DNA of 64,000 bases, taken from the NCBI GenBank assembly GCA_030141605.1, contig JAQGDQ010000094.1, positions 496,001-560,000 on the forward strand. Reading direction: 5' to 3'. Of the stretch, positions 25,884-41,700 are shown one piece after another. This DNA is from Tubiluchus corallicola. Taxonomy: Eukaryota; Animalia; Priapulida. The translations under genes were made by a program, and so were the position numbers. The stretch's first letter is position 1; each line of letters opens with the position of its first letter. The notes under the pieces are model-generated. The model made no database searches, was not told the DNA's origin, and worked only from the letters and a program-made list of their open reading frames with translations.

Positions 25884-28800
25884 ATGAGGGAGGAAGAGAT
25901 AGAGACTGCCATTAAGGTTTGGTTCACTTAACAGACAATCTTTTTTTTCTGTTTAATGCTTATTCCCCCTTGCCTCCTTGGGGCAGTCTTATCATTGCAG
26001 ATATATTCTTTTTTAATTTTATAGTTTTCCTTTTTCTGCACCTGTTATGATGGCACTGTAAAACATTAACACTGTTAAAAAACTTTGCTTTCCAGCCTTA
26101 AAATTTTATATGAATCCCTATAGCCAAGGATGCTACCATGTGCATATCTCATTAATAACTGGCAAAAAGTTTATGATTTTCAGCAAGGTTATAATTTTCA
26201 ACAGCATTGAACTAAACTTTTCTCCTCAATTTCTCTTTTGGCCTGTTAGAGGTGTAGTGAATTATAATGAATTCTGTCGTAAATTTCAGCTATGATTATC
26301 ATAAAACAGTTGATGGAGAGCCAAGCATTACTTTTATCCTTCATTGGCCATTATTGACACAATTTTAGAACTGTGTAAGAGGATCCATTCTAAACACATC
26401 ATTGACACAAAATAAAATTACTAATGTGATCTGAATTTGTTAGCGCTACAGCCTACAGGAAATAGGGGCCATTTGCCATTTCCATACAATGTGCTATATT
26501 TACTAGCTGAATAACCATGAAGTGCAGTGGACAATAGGGGAGTAAAATCATAAATGTGTTATTCATGCTTCTTGTTCATGCTCAAAAGTAATGTTGTTAC
26601 AGTTAATGTAGAAGTGCATAGATTTTACTAATGCTGCAATTTATTATTTAAAGTGCTATAATGGCATTATTAACTGCGGAATTGATTAAGTTTGATAATC
26701 ACTGAGTTGCCAAAAGCTGTGACCAGCCATTGAATGCTTGTGCTATTCTCATAAATTAAAAATGTTAATGTGCAGATTGCATGTGTGCTATTGAAATAGA
26801 AGTATGAGTTCAAAGTGAATAAAAACTCTTTGTATTTGCAATAATTTGTGTTGCTCAATAAAAAGTGAATGACTCATTTTTATCCATATGAGTAATTTGT
26901 TTGTCTTCCACTAGGTGGTAATAGTAGGCAACGGTGCTGTAGGAAAATCATCTATGATACAGAGGTACTGCAAAGGCATTTTCACCAAGGAGTACAAGAA
27001 GACTATAGGTGTTGACTTTTTGGAAAAACAATTTCAGTAAGTGCTTTGTTTAACTGAGGTAACTCAGTTACTACAAGACCTATTGCAGAGTCTTTGTTGA
27101 TAAAAAGTGTGCTTTAAAGTTTCTTTTAGGTCAACCATCCGTCTAACTCACATACTTCTAGTTGCAACAACTTGTAACAATATACCAGAATATCCAACAG
27201 TTGATCATGTTTTATTAAGTAGTTTTCTTGTAATTAAAGTCTTCTTGAAAAAGTGGACATCTGTCAGCTTGATGACTGTTGCAGAATTAACGGGGAAGAT
27301 GTGCGGCTAATGTTATGGGATACAGCCGGTCAAGAAGAATTTGATGCAATAACAAAGGCATATTACAGAGGCAAGTACCTTTCAAAGTTGCAAGCTTCTT
27401 GACTGCTTCACAGTTTTTATCACTATATGGCAATTGGGTGTGTATGGAAATCACAAACATATCATAAACTAAATTTGCAAGCATGGTTAAAGCACCTTGC
27501 TTTAGTATGTAAACTTTAGGTATAATGCACATTATAAATGTGCAAGAAGAAAGTTTTTAACATTTTTATACAGTTTGGCACTCTGAAGCTGGAGTTCTAA
27601 TGATTGTGGTAGGATTGGGACCTTGGTGTATCAGTCACATGCGGATATGAATACCACGTAAACAGCCATAAACAAACTCCTCAACAGTATAAACAGCCAT
27701 AATTAAGCCGGCAGTAGCAAGTATCAAACCCTAGTGGTTACCTATCCATTTTCTGATTAAGCTTGACATTACTTAATTTCAGTTACTAAGTATGCACTGT
27801 TAACTCACTCAAAATTTTGGCTGTTGTCTGGATAGGTCTTAGCTTGTGTTTGTGTTCAAATTTGTAGTTTTCTACAAAGATTTAATTTCTTTTAGAAACT
27901 AAAGTTATTTGTTTAAATCAATTTTAAATCTGTACAGTAATGTGCCTGCAGTCTCGCATTTTGTTTTATAAAACTGACAGGCAAATAAGTATATTGTGTT
28001 TTTACTTTGCACTAAGCTAATTTCCATTTGTTTTGTGTTGGTCTTCGATGTTGATTATCTACATGCAAGAAAACAGTTTGTTACCTTATTTGTGGGACAC
28101 GTATGTCCAGCCTTCCGCGCTTCACGGTCGTCCTCTTTTCTTCCCTAAATTGCATTTATCTGCCGTGTTGTAATTTGCATATATTTTCCTTGACAAGCAA
28201 AATGACAGGTTAGACAAATTCATTCATTGTTCTGTAATAAAAGTTACTAGTTTTTCTAATTATTGGTTAGAAATTTCATCATGCCAGTTTGTTAGTGAAG
28301 TGAAACTATGTTACAGATAAACAAGTACGTGATATGGGGGGAAATTCTACTGTGAGTTGATCGGGGTGGGCAAATAAAATTTGTGTCTCTGCTGCTATGT
28401 AATTGATATTTCTTGAATGACATTGCCTGATTGAAACATAATTAATGATCTTCTATTAAACCTTGAATTAATATACTTCGTTGTACCATAATTAATCCAT
28501 CGTTTGTTGAAGAATGGGGCATAGAAATAATTATGACTCCTATCTCAACTGCTTTCTACTCCTATCTTTAGTCACATTGTTGTTGTTATACCATTTCAGG
28601 TGCTCAAGCTTGTGTTCTAGCTTTCTCTACTGTAGACAGAAGTTCTTTTGATGCAATAGAAAAATGGAAAAAGAAAGTGAGCATTTTAGAATAATTAGAT
28701 AAATATACATAAAGCAAATTACTGATCGTAAGTGATTCGCTTAGATACTACTTCTTTTTTGCTGTTCCTCCATATTTGTTAAACATTGAATGTTGACAAA

Positions 28801-31800
28801 GTGTTGGATACAAAACATTGTAGAGGAGCTTCAGAGGAGCTAAATGCACAATACTTGTTGTGATGACAAAAAGTATAACAGTAGAATAGAAAACTTTAAA
28901 TATTTATTGATGTAAAAGATTAAACAAAAATATCGGTAAAAATATAGGCATATAAGGTCTTGTAACAGCCAACTAGTGAGAACAGAATGTAACAAAATTG
29001 GAGCAAACTGTTCACTATTGGGCTAAACCTGTTTTTAGAACAGGGTAACAGATAGGTAGAAGCCATCTACTACATCAGTAGTGATTTTACAGATTACTGA
29101 GCTAATTACAATTTAAATGTAATTTTTGTAATTTTCTGGTCATTCACAATGTCAATACTTAAGATTAGGTTTAAGTGAACAAGCGGTGACCAAGAAATTT
29201 TGTCTAGTGAAATTCCTGGGTTGTTCATATCCATGGCCATATCTAATGTTTAAGGCTGGAGGTAGATCCACGAATCAACTGTAGTTACCTGTGTACTTTC
29301 TTACATCCAGCCTGCCTCTGGGTCTGTACAATTTACAAGAATGATCTCTAATATTAGCTGCATTCCTCAAGGATGGCTCATCTTGAATGTTAGTTTTATT
29401 GATAATCTGAAAAACCTGAATCATGAAATTTTGCATATAAAATTTAGAGAATAGGCAATTCATGTTTTCTGAAAAGCTTCCTATTAATTTGTTTGCTTTG
29501 AGGAAAACTAGGTCATCTGTTAAAACAAGGTATCACTAGCAAAGACTTACAAAGCTCAGTGAATTAACCAAGTGCCAAATAAATTAATCCACATTATTTA
29601 GGTTGCTATGGCAATGCGGTAATGATGATAGTTTAACTAGAAGTAGCACACCATTAATTATGTGCTGATTGTGCAATGGCTCTTACTAGCTTAGATTTTT
29701 GTAACAGCGAGGATCTTGTGATATCTGAGCTTACACAAACATTTTTGATTTTTAGTTAAATATGTTTTGAAACATCTATATTCATTTGTTTTAATGATAA
29801 ATATACGTATTACATATATTCAGCATAGCAGTTTTATGAAGGTGATTAAAAAAATGTTTCTTTTATTTTTCTGCTGTTATCATCACAAATGTACTTTTCA
29901 GATGTCTGTTGCCTTCATATATAATTAAAGCAACATTTCTGACTTATTAACTTGGTTTACTCTATTAGCTTCTCAAACTCAGCTGTAGGCTTCGATCATC
30001 CATGATGTATAATCAATAGATTTAATTAGCTTCGTTTAGACTAAGCTTGCATGTAATTTATGCTGGTTCTTAATCATGTTGGTTTGTTTTGGCAGGTGGA
30101 AAGTGAATGCTCTTACATACCTACTGTATTGGTGCAGAATAAGATGGACCTAATTGATCAGTCAGTGGTCCCCAAGTAAGTGTTGATAAGTACTGTCTCC
30201 TATGCATGTATGGCAATGTAACGAAAGAGGGTGAAAGGTGCAAAGGAAGAATGATGTACGACAGGAAGGAAGGAGCAAAGGAAAGCCATTAGTGTAATTA
30301 CTAACTTGGAGTATAGTGACATTTGGAATTTAAGGCTGTAGTTGTCTATCATGTAATAACATGTTATTGACATAAAATACAAATTGTTTGTGTTTTATAT
30401 TACGCAGTAGTTTGCATTAATGGTTCTAACATAGAAGCTGTTCATATGTTTTCATCTCTAAAGTTTGAGCATTGAACAAACATGATATTGGATTGCCACG
30501 TTGCATTATTTTTTTAATATCCTCGTGTAGATTTTGCTGCTTATAGTAAAGTTGTAGGTGCGAAAGTGTAATCAGCAAAAGAAAATTGGTAACAATAGTA
30601 GTGTTATTTTTGATTAAAAAGCATTAACCATAAAATGGATTAATGTATTTTACTGCATAAATCTTGACACATTTGGATAAGTACAGTAGACACATACACA
30701 CGTGCACAGATTAATGAAATTATTATAGTCTATCTAAGAATCACCAAAAGTGCACATAGTGCACACAGTTATTATAGATAAAACTAAAATCATAATATGT
30801 ATGTTTGATGCATACTTATATATGTATATGTATACAGATTACTTTTGCATTTGTTTTAGGGAAGATGCTGAAGGGTTAGCTAAACGACTAAAACTACGGT
30901 TGTATCGAACGTCCGTGAAAGAAAATTTACACATAGATGATGGTAATTAAATAGTACATGTTTTACATGTATCATTGGCATAATAAACTGTAAAGAATGT
31001 AAGAACCTGGTTCTGTAATGCAAAAAGAACTTTTAAATTATGTCATTAGTTTAGAAGTGACAAGTAACAAGCTGTGCGCCATTTTGTATCACCAAAGTGT
31101 CTTGTTCTTTTTACAAAGTAATATATTGTATCACCATCCCAATGTACACCACTGGCTCACCAAAAAAACATTAATCTTTTTGACAGTATAAAGTAATTAA
31201 TACTTTTCTTTAGTTAGTGAAGAGTTTGCTACTGCAAATGCTCTGATTATTTTTTCAAACTTTACGCATTGTTATTTTTTATCTAAAGTTGTTTCAAACA
31301 TCTGACTGTTCAAATGGCCATGCTTAATGGTCATTTCAAGGCAAACTTTTGAATTTTATTTATGAAAAGTGTTTTCTTGTCCTTAATGTCTTTTTTAATA
31401 TTTTATCATTGTCATATTCCTTATTTAATATAATTTTTAAAATTCTTTCCATGTCATTTTGTCAGAAATGAAAATTTGACAAAGTTCTTGAAGAAATGAA
31501 TCATGACATCATTCCCATTGAGAAACAACATGAATCATACTTTTGTCATCTTATAACCCTCAGAACTATTCCACTAGAGTCCTTCAAAGCTGTGAATAAC
31601 TGCAGTGCTAGATATTAAGATACTATTATTATTTATTTGTACATCAATGTACATTAATACCACATGGTCATGCAGTACATTAGTAATTTTACAAATGTAA
31701 TCAGTTACTGATTTATAATACATTAATCACAAAATTATACAATGGAAAAAACAAAGCAATAAAGAGACAAAAATGACAATAATTAACTTTAAAAGTTATA

Positions 31801-33352
31801 CTTTAAAATACTATGAAATTATTTGCATGTGGTTAATCCTGCATAATAAACATTAAAATTTCATTTAATTCAGTCAAGATAAGAAAAGAGAATTCTGCTG
31901 CTTCTATTGTATTTAAAATATCCATGGCCAGAGATGCACTAGAAGTTTGATCATCAGTTAGTCTGCATTCCTCTATAAATACATATGATTGGACAAGCTT
32001 CGGCTTAGATATCATCAATGCATAATCTATATTGTAATTTTGGCAGATGTACTTCACATTATTTCCCATATGTGATAGAACTGAATAACAACTTTGTCGA
32101 GCAACTTTGTTCTTTCCTGAAAATTAAATCCTGCTAACCGTTTCGTTAATTTTCATCTATTTATTATTCTGTCCAGGGGAGGAGGCAGTCATTTCCTGAC
32201 ACCCTTACTCTTTATACATGTTTTTATAGAAAGACGTAGAGACGAGAATTGAGAATGTACGTCCTTCATTAACTTTTTGCAATAAGTTACATAAATTTGT
32301 TTGCAGTTTTCAGGTATTTAGCAGAAAAATATTTACAGCAGATGAACAGTTCAGTAGATGACTGTCAGATGCATCGTATTGGCGGGCACAGTAAGTAGAA
32401 GTTTCTCTGTCTTTAGTTCTGCACTTCTAGTGATTTTTTTTGCAAAGTACATGTGCTTATCTGGCAGTCAAGAGTAATAAATACGAAAGATATTACATAA
32501 GATACCTGTGTTTCATAATGTGAATTGTGCTTCAGAAGTAATACATTTTTCTGATTGAGTATCCAGTAATTAAATTTATGAAACTACTGCAAAGTAATAC
32601 ATAAAGTTAAGATGCGATGCAAGTGGACTGTACAGTTGTCTAATCATGCTGCTGTTTAAATAATATTTGAAAATAATAACTTTACTTAATGAATTAAAAG
32701 CTTACAAGTTAATCGTTGTTAAACCTAATTAGTAATTTGTTTGGAGACACACTGAATATTTCATTCATTGAGTGTTGCTTTCTTGAATGAAGATACTTCA
32801 GGAAAGCAGTTGAAAGCCTTGGAGCCTTGAAAATTAACTAGTGTTGCTTTCAAGTAATGCATATGCCTTTGAATGTATGATAAATGGTAAGATATTTTGA
32901 AGAAAATTATTGTGAAAATGTCTAGCAGATTGTTTTTAATCTTCACTAGCAGAAATTGCAGGTTTGCCTGTTGTAGCATAATGCTCATTAAATTTTGTTG
33001 ATAGAAGACAAGTCATGTCACTTTGCAAGAATGAGTGTGCAACAGGAAGTGTTGCCAGAAGAAACTTTCTGTAATTCAGTGCATTTTTATAGAGGCATAT
33101 CTTGCTAGTAACATAGTATTTTTACTTTAGACATTGGTCTTGCTTGTGGCAATTTGTATAAAAAATTGTGCAATCAAAGCACTGAAGTTCCTATATATGC
33201 TTGTTGTGCTAATTTGACATATTATTAATGCAGATGCGTTTGCAACTGGGAACGGGGTGCCCGGAAAAGGACGTGAGACGATCCAGCTTCATCCGAGCAA
33301 GAGGAGAACACAGGGAAAGAAATCTCCCCTTGGAAGGTGTAAGCTATTATGA
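25884..33352 (+). CDS. RAB23: Ras-related protein Rab23, complete (227 aa, 8 coding exons)
   Basis: Exons 25884-25916, 26915-27036, 27285-27370, 28600-28676, 30096-30175, 30860-30942, 32307-32390, 33234-33352; phases are consistent (684 nt). Protein reads [48 protein letters not shown]...[23 protein letters not shown]...QNKMDL...RTSVKE...RCKLL* (CaaX end). The exon carrying the ATG begins at an acceptor ending 25742. Confidence 0.96.
29050..29465 (-). mobile_element. CR1-like LINE 3' fragment in Rab23 intron 4
   Basis: The minus-strand translation MIQVFQI...[19 protein letters not shown] matches the CR1 ORF2 C-terminal motif (RGHxxKL...RLDxRK). Confidence 0.55.
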
Positions 33353-33976
33353 ACTATCCAGCTCCAGTCCTCGGCACTGCCTATACTAATCAAACGATGG
33401 GGAATCTTTAGTGCAGTTTACTTCTGTGATTACATGCAACACATTATGTCTCGTACATCTTGTAATATCCTGTGTAGCTGAACGTCGTGTTCTAAGATGT
33501 GGTGCGTTCTCTAACATTGCGTAGAACATTATGTTATTTTGAAAAACTCGTAACACAGGTTTAAAGCAAAATGTAGATAGCTGACAATAGGTTCGTTAAG
33601 CGTATTTGAACATGTCCACTGTCTAGCAGTGCTAATGGCAACTGGTGCATTGTGGTTACAGATTACTGCTCACAGTGATAAACTAAAAGGTGTGCATTGT
33701 AGCCATATTTGCCCTAATTCGGTACATCTTGCATATCGTAACGGAAAAAAGACGTATTTTTGAACTCTGATGTAAAACTATTTGAGGTATTAAATATTGA
33801 AAGACAGAATGTTTTTCAAGAAAGATATGCTTCAAAGAAATATTACGGGGAGTCTAATTTTGTTAGTTAATTGTTGTCTAACATACTTCCAGCTATTCAG
33901 GTGGGTGACAGTGCAGGCTTGGATTTTGAAAACACATGCACAATAACAGTTTGTGCCTGATCAGAATGCAACTTAA

Positions 33977-34558
33977 AAAACCTGGCTGAAATCTTGAATT
34001 ATAGCTTAAAACAATTTACGTTATAAAATATTGAAAAGGAATGTATAATTTTTCAAAAATAACTTACATGAAGGAATTATTACCACAGAAATGCAATTTC
34101 CTATTCGCATGGCTAGTTCTTTGCTGTTACATGAGCACTACCGCTTGGAACATTTCGTTAAAAACAGGTGTTGTACCTCTCAGTTCAGAGGTGTTCAGTG
34201 GTGATGTAGTATGCACGTTTGAGAGCACTTGCGTGAGCACAGCAATAAGCTTGAAATATAAATTCTAGACTTATAATTTGCCAAGTTTTTATATATCACA
34301 CTGTATATTGTACAGTAGCACTGGACTTCAATTTTTGTTTTTGCAGACATATACAACACACACGTGCAATGTTTGAACTATTGAAACTTATGTTCAATTG
34401 TGATGTCATCACTAGTTGGGCTCGTTTGCTCTTCATTAAGTTTTTAATCTATTATTTAATTATCAGAAACACACTGTGACATCATTACCGATGTTAAAAT
34501 GTATTCTTTTTCTGCAGTTCAAAACGGGGTGTGTTATGAAAAATCATCCTGTTTTTCT
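33977..34558. mobile_element. TTAA-flanked (Kolobok-like) MITE, copy 2, in the probable Rab23 3' UTR; a third partial copy lies at about 34670-34950
   Basis: TTAA at 33973-33976 and 34559-34562. Shares blocks with 11785-12361, e.g. ttatgttcaRttgtgatgtcatcactagttRggctcg. Confidence 0.6.
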
Positions 34559-37500
34559 TTAATCATGTCATGATGGCAGCATTGTTAGATTATTCATTAA
34601 TCCAGTGATGAGCTTAAAATGTGAAATTGTCAATTTAAATTTGCGATGTTTTGTATTTAATTGTCAGTCTTATACAGTAGTGCCAAGCTTCAATTTTTGC
34701 TTTTGAAAATGTGTGAAACTCTCATGATGGTTTCTACATTTAGAAAAATTTTCTCACTTGTAAACTCACCGTTACCTATGCTTACCTGCTGTTAATGAAT
34801 TTTTTCATATAATTTCCGTAGTGCTCCCGTAGGTATAATATCACAGTCTCAATGTAAATCAGAAACTTTTGGTAATTATTGTAGTTAATAAAATGTATGT
34901 CTGAGACCAGGTCAAAAGAGTTTGGTCTGAGAAATCATACTATTTTCCTTTAAATAAATTATCATCTAAAGACATAGTTTTAATATAATGACGAGTTTTG
35001 CACTGTGTTGCTGCGATTAGCGATGACCACTAATTTATATTAACAATGGACAAAAATTGTTTCAGATGAGCGGTCCAGTTCTTCCCACTAAATGACATTA
35101 TGCTTATTTATGCTATTGCTGTCTGCCAGCGCTTTCATTAATTCATGGTTGTGCTAGAAAAATTGTGAACAGGGTAACTAACAGACGGAACATTATGCAA
35201 TGTACTGTATTTTAGTACAAATGCCAATTACCAAATGCAGCATGCCCAGTGTCTAATTCATCCACATGTGTTACAGTATTGTGTTCTATAATTCTCCTCT
35301 TTAAGACAAGTCATCTTACCATTATACTTCTACATTGTTTAACTGACAAAAAGAAACTCTAACATATGTTTATTGTTTAACTTTGCATTTTGGTTATCAC
35401 CAAGATCGTTTAATGTACTAACATACAATTTTATTGACTATATCTTACTGTGACATTTTTACTTTTTTATGTTTCTTTATTTTAGAAATGTTTTAAATAA
35501 TGCCAACATTGATTTCTTGAACGTGTAACTTTACTTATATTTTATAATCTTTAATTTATTCAGGGTTCTTATTAGGGTCACCATAATTATTATTTTTGTA
35601 CATAGCTTATTAACGTACATTTATTATTTTATGTAAAAATGATGTGCTTATTCTATTGCTTATGTTAGGACAATTTTAAAAAAATCCCTTAGGTCATTTA
35701 TTAGCGTTTGATTTTGTTCATGTTAGATAAATGTCAGCAATACTTTTATTGCATACTTTATCAAAAATTGAATTTTTCATTTTTTGCCATAATTAGATTG
35801 TAATTCTAACCAAATAGAATAAACTGATAGTTTCAACGTCGAGATTAAATAAAAAGTACAGAGAATTTTGTGATTTCAATAATTAAATTGTTTTTCGCTT
35901 CGCTTAATATCTTTTACAAACTTATTTTTCAACTTTACGAATTTGTAGTTCGATTTCTGATGAAGGACATTTTTGTATAACTGTGACTAAACAAAAACTT
36001 ACGTTTGCTTACACTTACTGTTAAAGGGCAGTAAAATTCAATGACATATCTTGAAGATTTCTTGAAAAGTAAAATTAATTGCATAATAAATATTTTTATG
36101 GCTACTATTTGCTGTATTTGAGAACATTTGAGTCCAAATTTTTGGTTTTGTCATAAAAAAACGTGAATTGTACTGAGGCAAATTTATTTTGCTGTTAACA
36201 TAAATACTGAACACATTACATTTATTTCAGGTGATAGTGCTATATTTCATTCATTTTCAGCACTAACTCACTAGTGGATTTCAGCAAGCCAGCCACTCAG
36301 TCAATTTCCCTCTTAAAACGAGAAATTTTTAGTACATGTGCACTTAAGTAATGATCTGATTTACTATTTTGCATTTAATGACTTTGTTTCAAAACAGAAA
36401 ATGGACTAGTAACATCTCCATAGTTATACATAAAAACTTAGTACATTATAAATTTACGAGTATCTTTTTATTTTTCACAGACGTATTACAGTACTGGTGT
36501 TACCATAACAACAATCATTAATCACACTACATGGTGGCACAAATGTTTTTAGACATATAATTACAATATAAATAGGAATATCTAGCATAAATGCTATTAC
36601 TAAACATATACATTATATAAATATACATCTGTTTTGTACGTACGTGCAACATGACATCATCACATACTATAATGACTACACCAAATGGTGGTAACATTTA
36701 CGTACTTCTTGAACATCACGAAGGGTAAAATTGAATTAAGTATAACCAAGGCAAATGAAGTCTGAAATTGCCAGTAGAGAAATTTCCTTTTTTTTACTGT
36801 GACTATAACCCAGTATTGTGAGGTCAGAAAATCGTTCAAACCATCTGCAACTATTCAACACTTAGCAAGCACTTTCTAAGAAAAGAACCTAGCTAGGACC
36901 ACTAATGGAAGTAAACTGTGGAGCCTGTATAATATTGTTAATGAAACTGATTTAAACAAGTACACAAACTTACTTCACTAGTAGAAAAAAAAGGTACAAG
37001 TAACGCAGAAATTCGAAATTCTGTAAATCCAGTCTAGCTTAGTCATTCAGGACTAGTGCAATAAATAATTCAGAAACTTGTAATCATAACATAATAATGT
37101 AGCATTCAGAGTCGAGAGTTTTCTCTCAAAGAAACTTGCAAGTTTTATATCAAGAAATGTGCAAGTGTCTTCACACTAGAAAGCAGTGTCTGCTGTGACT
37201 ACTCTAAGACAGTAATCATAAGCAAAACCTTATGACGGATAATGTAGCGACATTGAGGTTAAAAGAAATTTACTCTTAGCAAATTGATTGTCTTTGCAAC
37301 AGCTAGGAACTGTCAAGAGGTTTCACAATGAAAACAGGTCGTGTCTCTATTCAAAGCGAGAAGTGTAGAAAAGATGCAGATAGTAAACTCGCAGCAGGGG
37401 CATTTACACTAAACAGTAATCAACTCGTAGCTCTTGTCTGCGACTTCGCAATTTCTTGAAACAAAAAAGTCACAAAGCAGTTATACAAACAAATTTGCTG

Positions 37501-38720
37501 TAAAATAGAAAATTCTGCCGTTGGCCCAAGTGCAGAAAATATATAAATCATGTGCAAACGAAAAAGCATTGTTTACAAAAAATTGCAAACTAAACCAAAC
37601 TATAGGTATGGAATAACGGCTTGCTCATAAAACGGTAAGTTGTTTGAACCCCGCAACCAACACTTACATAAATTAGATATTGAAAAATCTGTAAAATACA
37701 AGGAAGAAATTGTAAGAACCTGCTTTATGTTACGGCACATTGGTAGACATTAACATCATCAAAATTCTATAAGTTATTTACACCTTGGTAATTTATAAGT
37801 TATATACACAAGGAATCACAAAATTAAATGACTGATCAACTGAGTCGATGATACATGAACACAGTAATTAATAAACATCAGTTGTGCTGAAGGACAAATT
37901 GTGAAAAATAATAGTTCGGCGCTGAAATGCTTAACATTAGAATCCATTCGTGAAAAATTAACTTTAAGGCTATAAGAGTGAAAATTGTTCATAATAAAGC
38001 TGGGTGTGCAAAATTGTGTGTCAAAATAACAACCTAACACTTTTGCAAATCCAATGTTCATCCTGCATGATCGACATTGTGCACAAGAGCAACTCCACAA
38101 AATCATATTTAGAAAAACGTGAAAGAAAATAAATCCAAAAATCAAACTACTTGTTGTTACTAAAATCTCTTAGGAATTCTAAAAATGCAATTATTCGATT
38201 TGTGTGCAGCTAAGAATAAAGGAAAATTAATATAATGGATTGAACTTCTAATAAAACAGAAATTTCAAGTATTAATAAGTTTCTTAACGTAAGAGCACTG
38301 GCTAGAAACTAATAATGAGATAATAATAATAATAAAACTATAACTATATTTTTACTGTTAACAATGTTCATAGACTGATAACAAAAACATTAATAGTAGC
38401 TAGTTTGGCAAAACTTATAATGCAATACTTCAACATTTGCAAAAAGGAATCAGTGCACATTCAGCCTGTTTTTGTATCCTCTAAATCCATATTTAAGAAT
38501 CACTAGAAAACCAGAAAAACAAGAAAATGGTAGTTATGTATTATGAATGGACGAATTACTTGGTAGATGAACATGTTCCAAAAGAAAGTGAAATCAAAAT
38601 TAAAGTCACGTATCCATTCTTAACTCCTGGCTCCGATCCTATGACTAAAAATAATGCATTACATACAATGGCTGATTATATGGAAGCTCACTATCAAATA
38701 GTAGACGCACAGTGAAAAAA

Positions 38721-41700
38721 TCACACTTTGTCATCTGAAATGTAACAACAAATGTTTTACGTTTAATGCAAACTATGAAATGGCAAAGAAAATATTTGTC
38801 ATTGATTAAGATATTTCATGCCATAGTAGATTTCAGGAATTAAAAGAAAATCAGCGTAATTAAATATCAAATAGTGCTGTCGAAAGTTTGTTGGATACAC
38901 CCAAGTTGAACACCAAATAATGGCACTTCAACATAAATAATTAACTATAGTAAAAGTTAATATAGTTACAAGTCATAATAGTACCAATTGCATACAAGAT
39001 AATGATACATCAGCATACAATAATAGTCGGGATATTGATGAAAAACTTACCGTGGTACCACCACCTAGTCTTCTTTGGATTTTTGTTGCATGTGCGTACA
39101 TAAAATGTGTTATCAGGTGGTCGTTTCTGCAACAAATGAAGGATAAATTATGACATTTTACTCGCATTGGAGGATCTGACAAAGCTAAACCATATCTAGA
39201 AGTACCTGTTCAATTATTTTTTATATTCTTGCATTTTTCATCAGAAGACATTTTTACGAAAAGTCACATATAAGTCAAAAGCTTCATAATGTTGATCATT
39301 AACAAGGTTTACCCGCTAAGCAGATTCTCCCACCCCTGGCCCGTCAGAAGTGCCTTAGTCAAGTTTGAATCTACGAGATAAATAGCCAAACTCAGTATGG
39401 TGAATGAAACCCACTCAAAGTAAACGATGGCAGTTACACATCCATGAGTTGGCCAACCTTGGTGTTGCTTAACTTTTATTGCAAAGCACAGGCGCATGAC
39501 CACTAGCCTATTTCCCTGAAATTTCACGTGTATTTTTCTCAATGTAGCTGACCAATGTATTTACAACTTCATTTACTGATTACTAATTACTGATTTTTTT
39601 ACAAACCTTTTCCTTGCAGCTGCTTAGCATACTGACTATACTTAAACAGATAGATTGTACAGAAAGCGCTGGTGACCAATCCTCTGTCAAGATGGATAGA
39701 CAAATGTGGCCATTACTGTAGACATGTGGATGCACAGGAATGTGATTACCAGTGAAAACTACCTGTGGTAAAAATGCAGAAGTTCACTAAAATTCAGGAA
39801 AACGAAGACGTTTGTGGCTTCCTAGTTTGTCTACAAACAAAGAAACCCAGTGTTCCTGGTTTAAAAATCCTCCGAGGAATTTTCCAGCACAATTATAGAG
39901 CTTACAAATCAATTTCGTCCTACTAAGCACAAAAAGTAGTGCCCAGCAGCAGAAGAAAAACTTCTGGCACTCCAACCATTTAATGTTTTCATTTTTGTTT
40001 CGTGGGTGAAGACACAAATTGTGCATGTTTTTTGCGTCCCTGAGACCGACTTTCCCTTTTCAACAAGAGGGGATAAAGATAAATGATTTTTTTCTAAAAA
40101 TCACCCGGAGTTTGATTTGCAGTACTGACCAGAGTAACTTTTCTATGTATGAGTTGTGCATAACACGACAGTCCTAAAACATTCAGCTCCAGCATTAAAA
40201 ATTGCAAAGATTATAAAAGACATAGAACACTGTCACAATAATACAATCGGCATTTAGAGAAACGCTACTGTTTCTCCCAAAATTTTCGATCTACTAAGCC
40301 ACACGATACAATACACATGCCGGTAAGTAACAACATTTGCTTTTTTTCTAGATTGTATGTAGTAATTAGGACAGCTACGATGATTTCTGACTAGGCAATT
40401 TTGCTGCATTTTGAAAACTTTTGTTAATGTCGGATTAGTAATTAATAATTAACAGTAACTGAACTTTAGACGAATCTTGCACCCTTTCACCCTTACGCCC
40501 GGGGGCAATTGCTCCCTCTCGCCCCTACCTTGCTATGCCCCTGGCTACAGCAAAAGGTTGCAGGCAAAATTCCTTCACGCAAAATCAGGTGCAAATACAC
40601 GACAATAAATCTCGCTTGATACAAAGAGCTACAAAGACCATTTAGTAATCTGCCGGGAAGCAAAAACATACATAATAATTATGCTGTTTTATATTATCAG
40701 TGAGTTTTTAGGACATAATAATGCAATATGTACTGCTTTAATGCTTAAAATTAAATAAGAAAGTTGTTGATGAAATAAAAATGGTTTTGAGCAAAGTAAA
40801 AAAAATTGTCGTTAAAACGAAACATGAGTTAAGTGAGAAAAAGTGTCAAATGTTCAGCATTGTTACGTCACAAAAACAGGAGTTATTAAACGAGGTCTTA
40901 CTGTATATGACTTTCAAAATTTAATTTACATAATACTTTATTTCATCTTTTGGATCTTAATGCTCTTTAAGAAGATGGAAGAAACTGTTTAAGGGAAATA
41001 AAGCTCTGGAGTAATTACCTCGGGTGAATCAAATGGATACCTATTACTAAATTTGAATAGTAGTTGAAAGCGTTCTCCCTCATACAGAGTACCTGTAGCA
41101 CCTTCCATTTCTATTGTCCACCTATAATCATACATAAGTAACTATGTAAAATAATGAAGGCAGGGCCAACCATGCAAAATTTCATCTGCAGACCATACAA
41201 CAAAATACCCTTGAATTTCTATTCCAAATCTTAACTTTATAGATACACAGATCCAGTTATGAAAAACCAGGTCAATAAAGTGCAATTCATAATAAGTTTA
41301 CATATAGCCGTATTTATACTCATCAACATGCAATTACAAGTTAGATCCCAGATGAAACCTTTACACGGATATCTAGGTTTCTGCACACTTAATGCCCACA
41401 CAACTATAAACTCGCAATGATTTGCACAAAACACTAAAAACTTTTCAGTGTAGAACATTTTTACTAAAATAAAGTTTTGAAGACAATGTCAGTACATACG
41501 TGTGTAGACTGTGGTCTGCATTAACTTTTATCCCAGGAGGCGGATCTCGTACAAGTGTTGACAGCTCCTTCTGTAGTCGTTTCTGTTAAATTATTATTGT
41601 TATATTAGCTTAATATGTTACAACTGTTGTACGATATTACATTGGACACAATAATTCACGAATTCTTATTAAAAAAGTTTAGACGACAATGGTGGTTACA

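Noticed and set aside
424-33352. Functional linkage between PPM1H (a Rab phosphatase) and neighbouring Rab23
   Set aside because: The LRRK2/PPM1H switch-II threonine position (Rab8A ERFRT) is alanine here (EEFDA), and adjacency alone is weak evidence in animal genomes.
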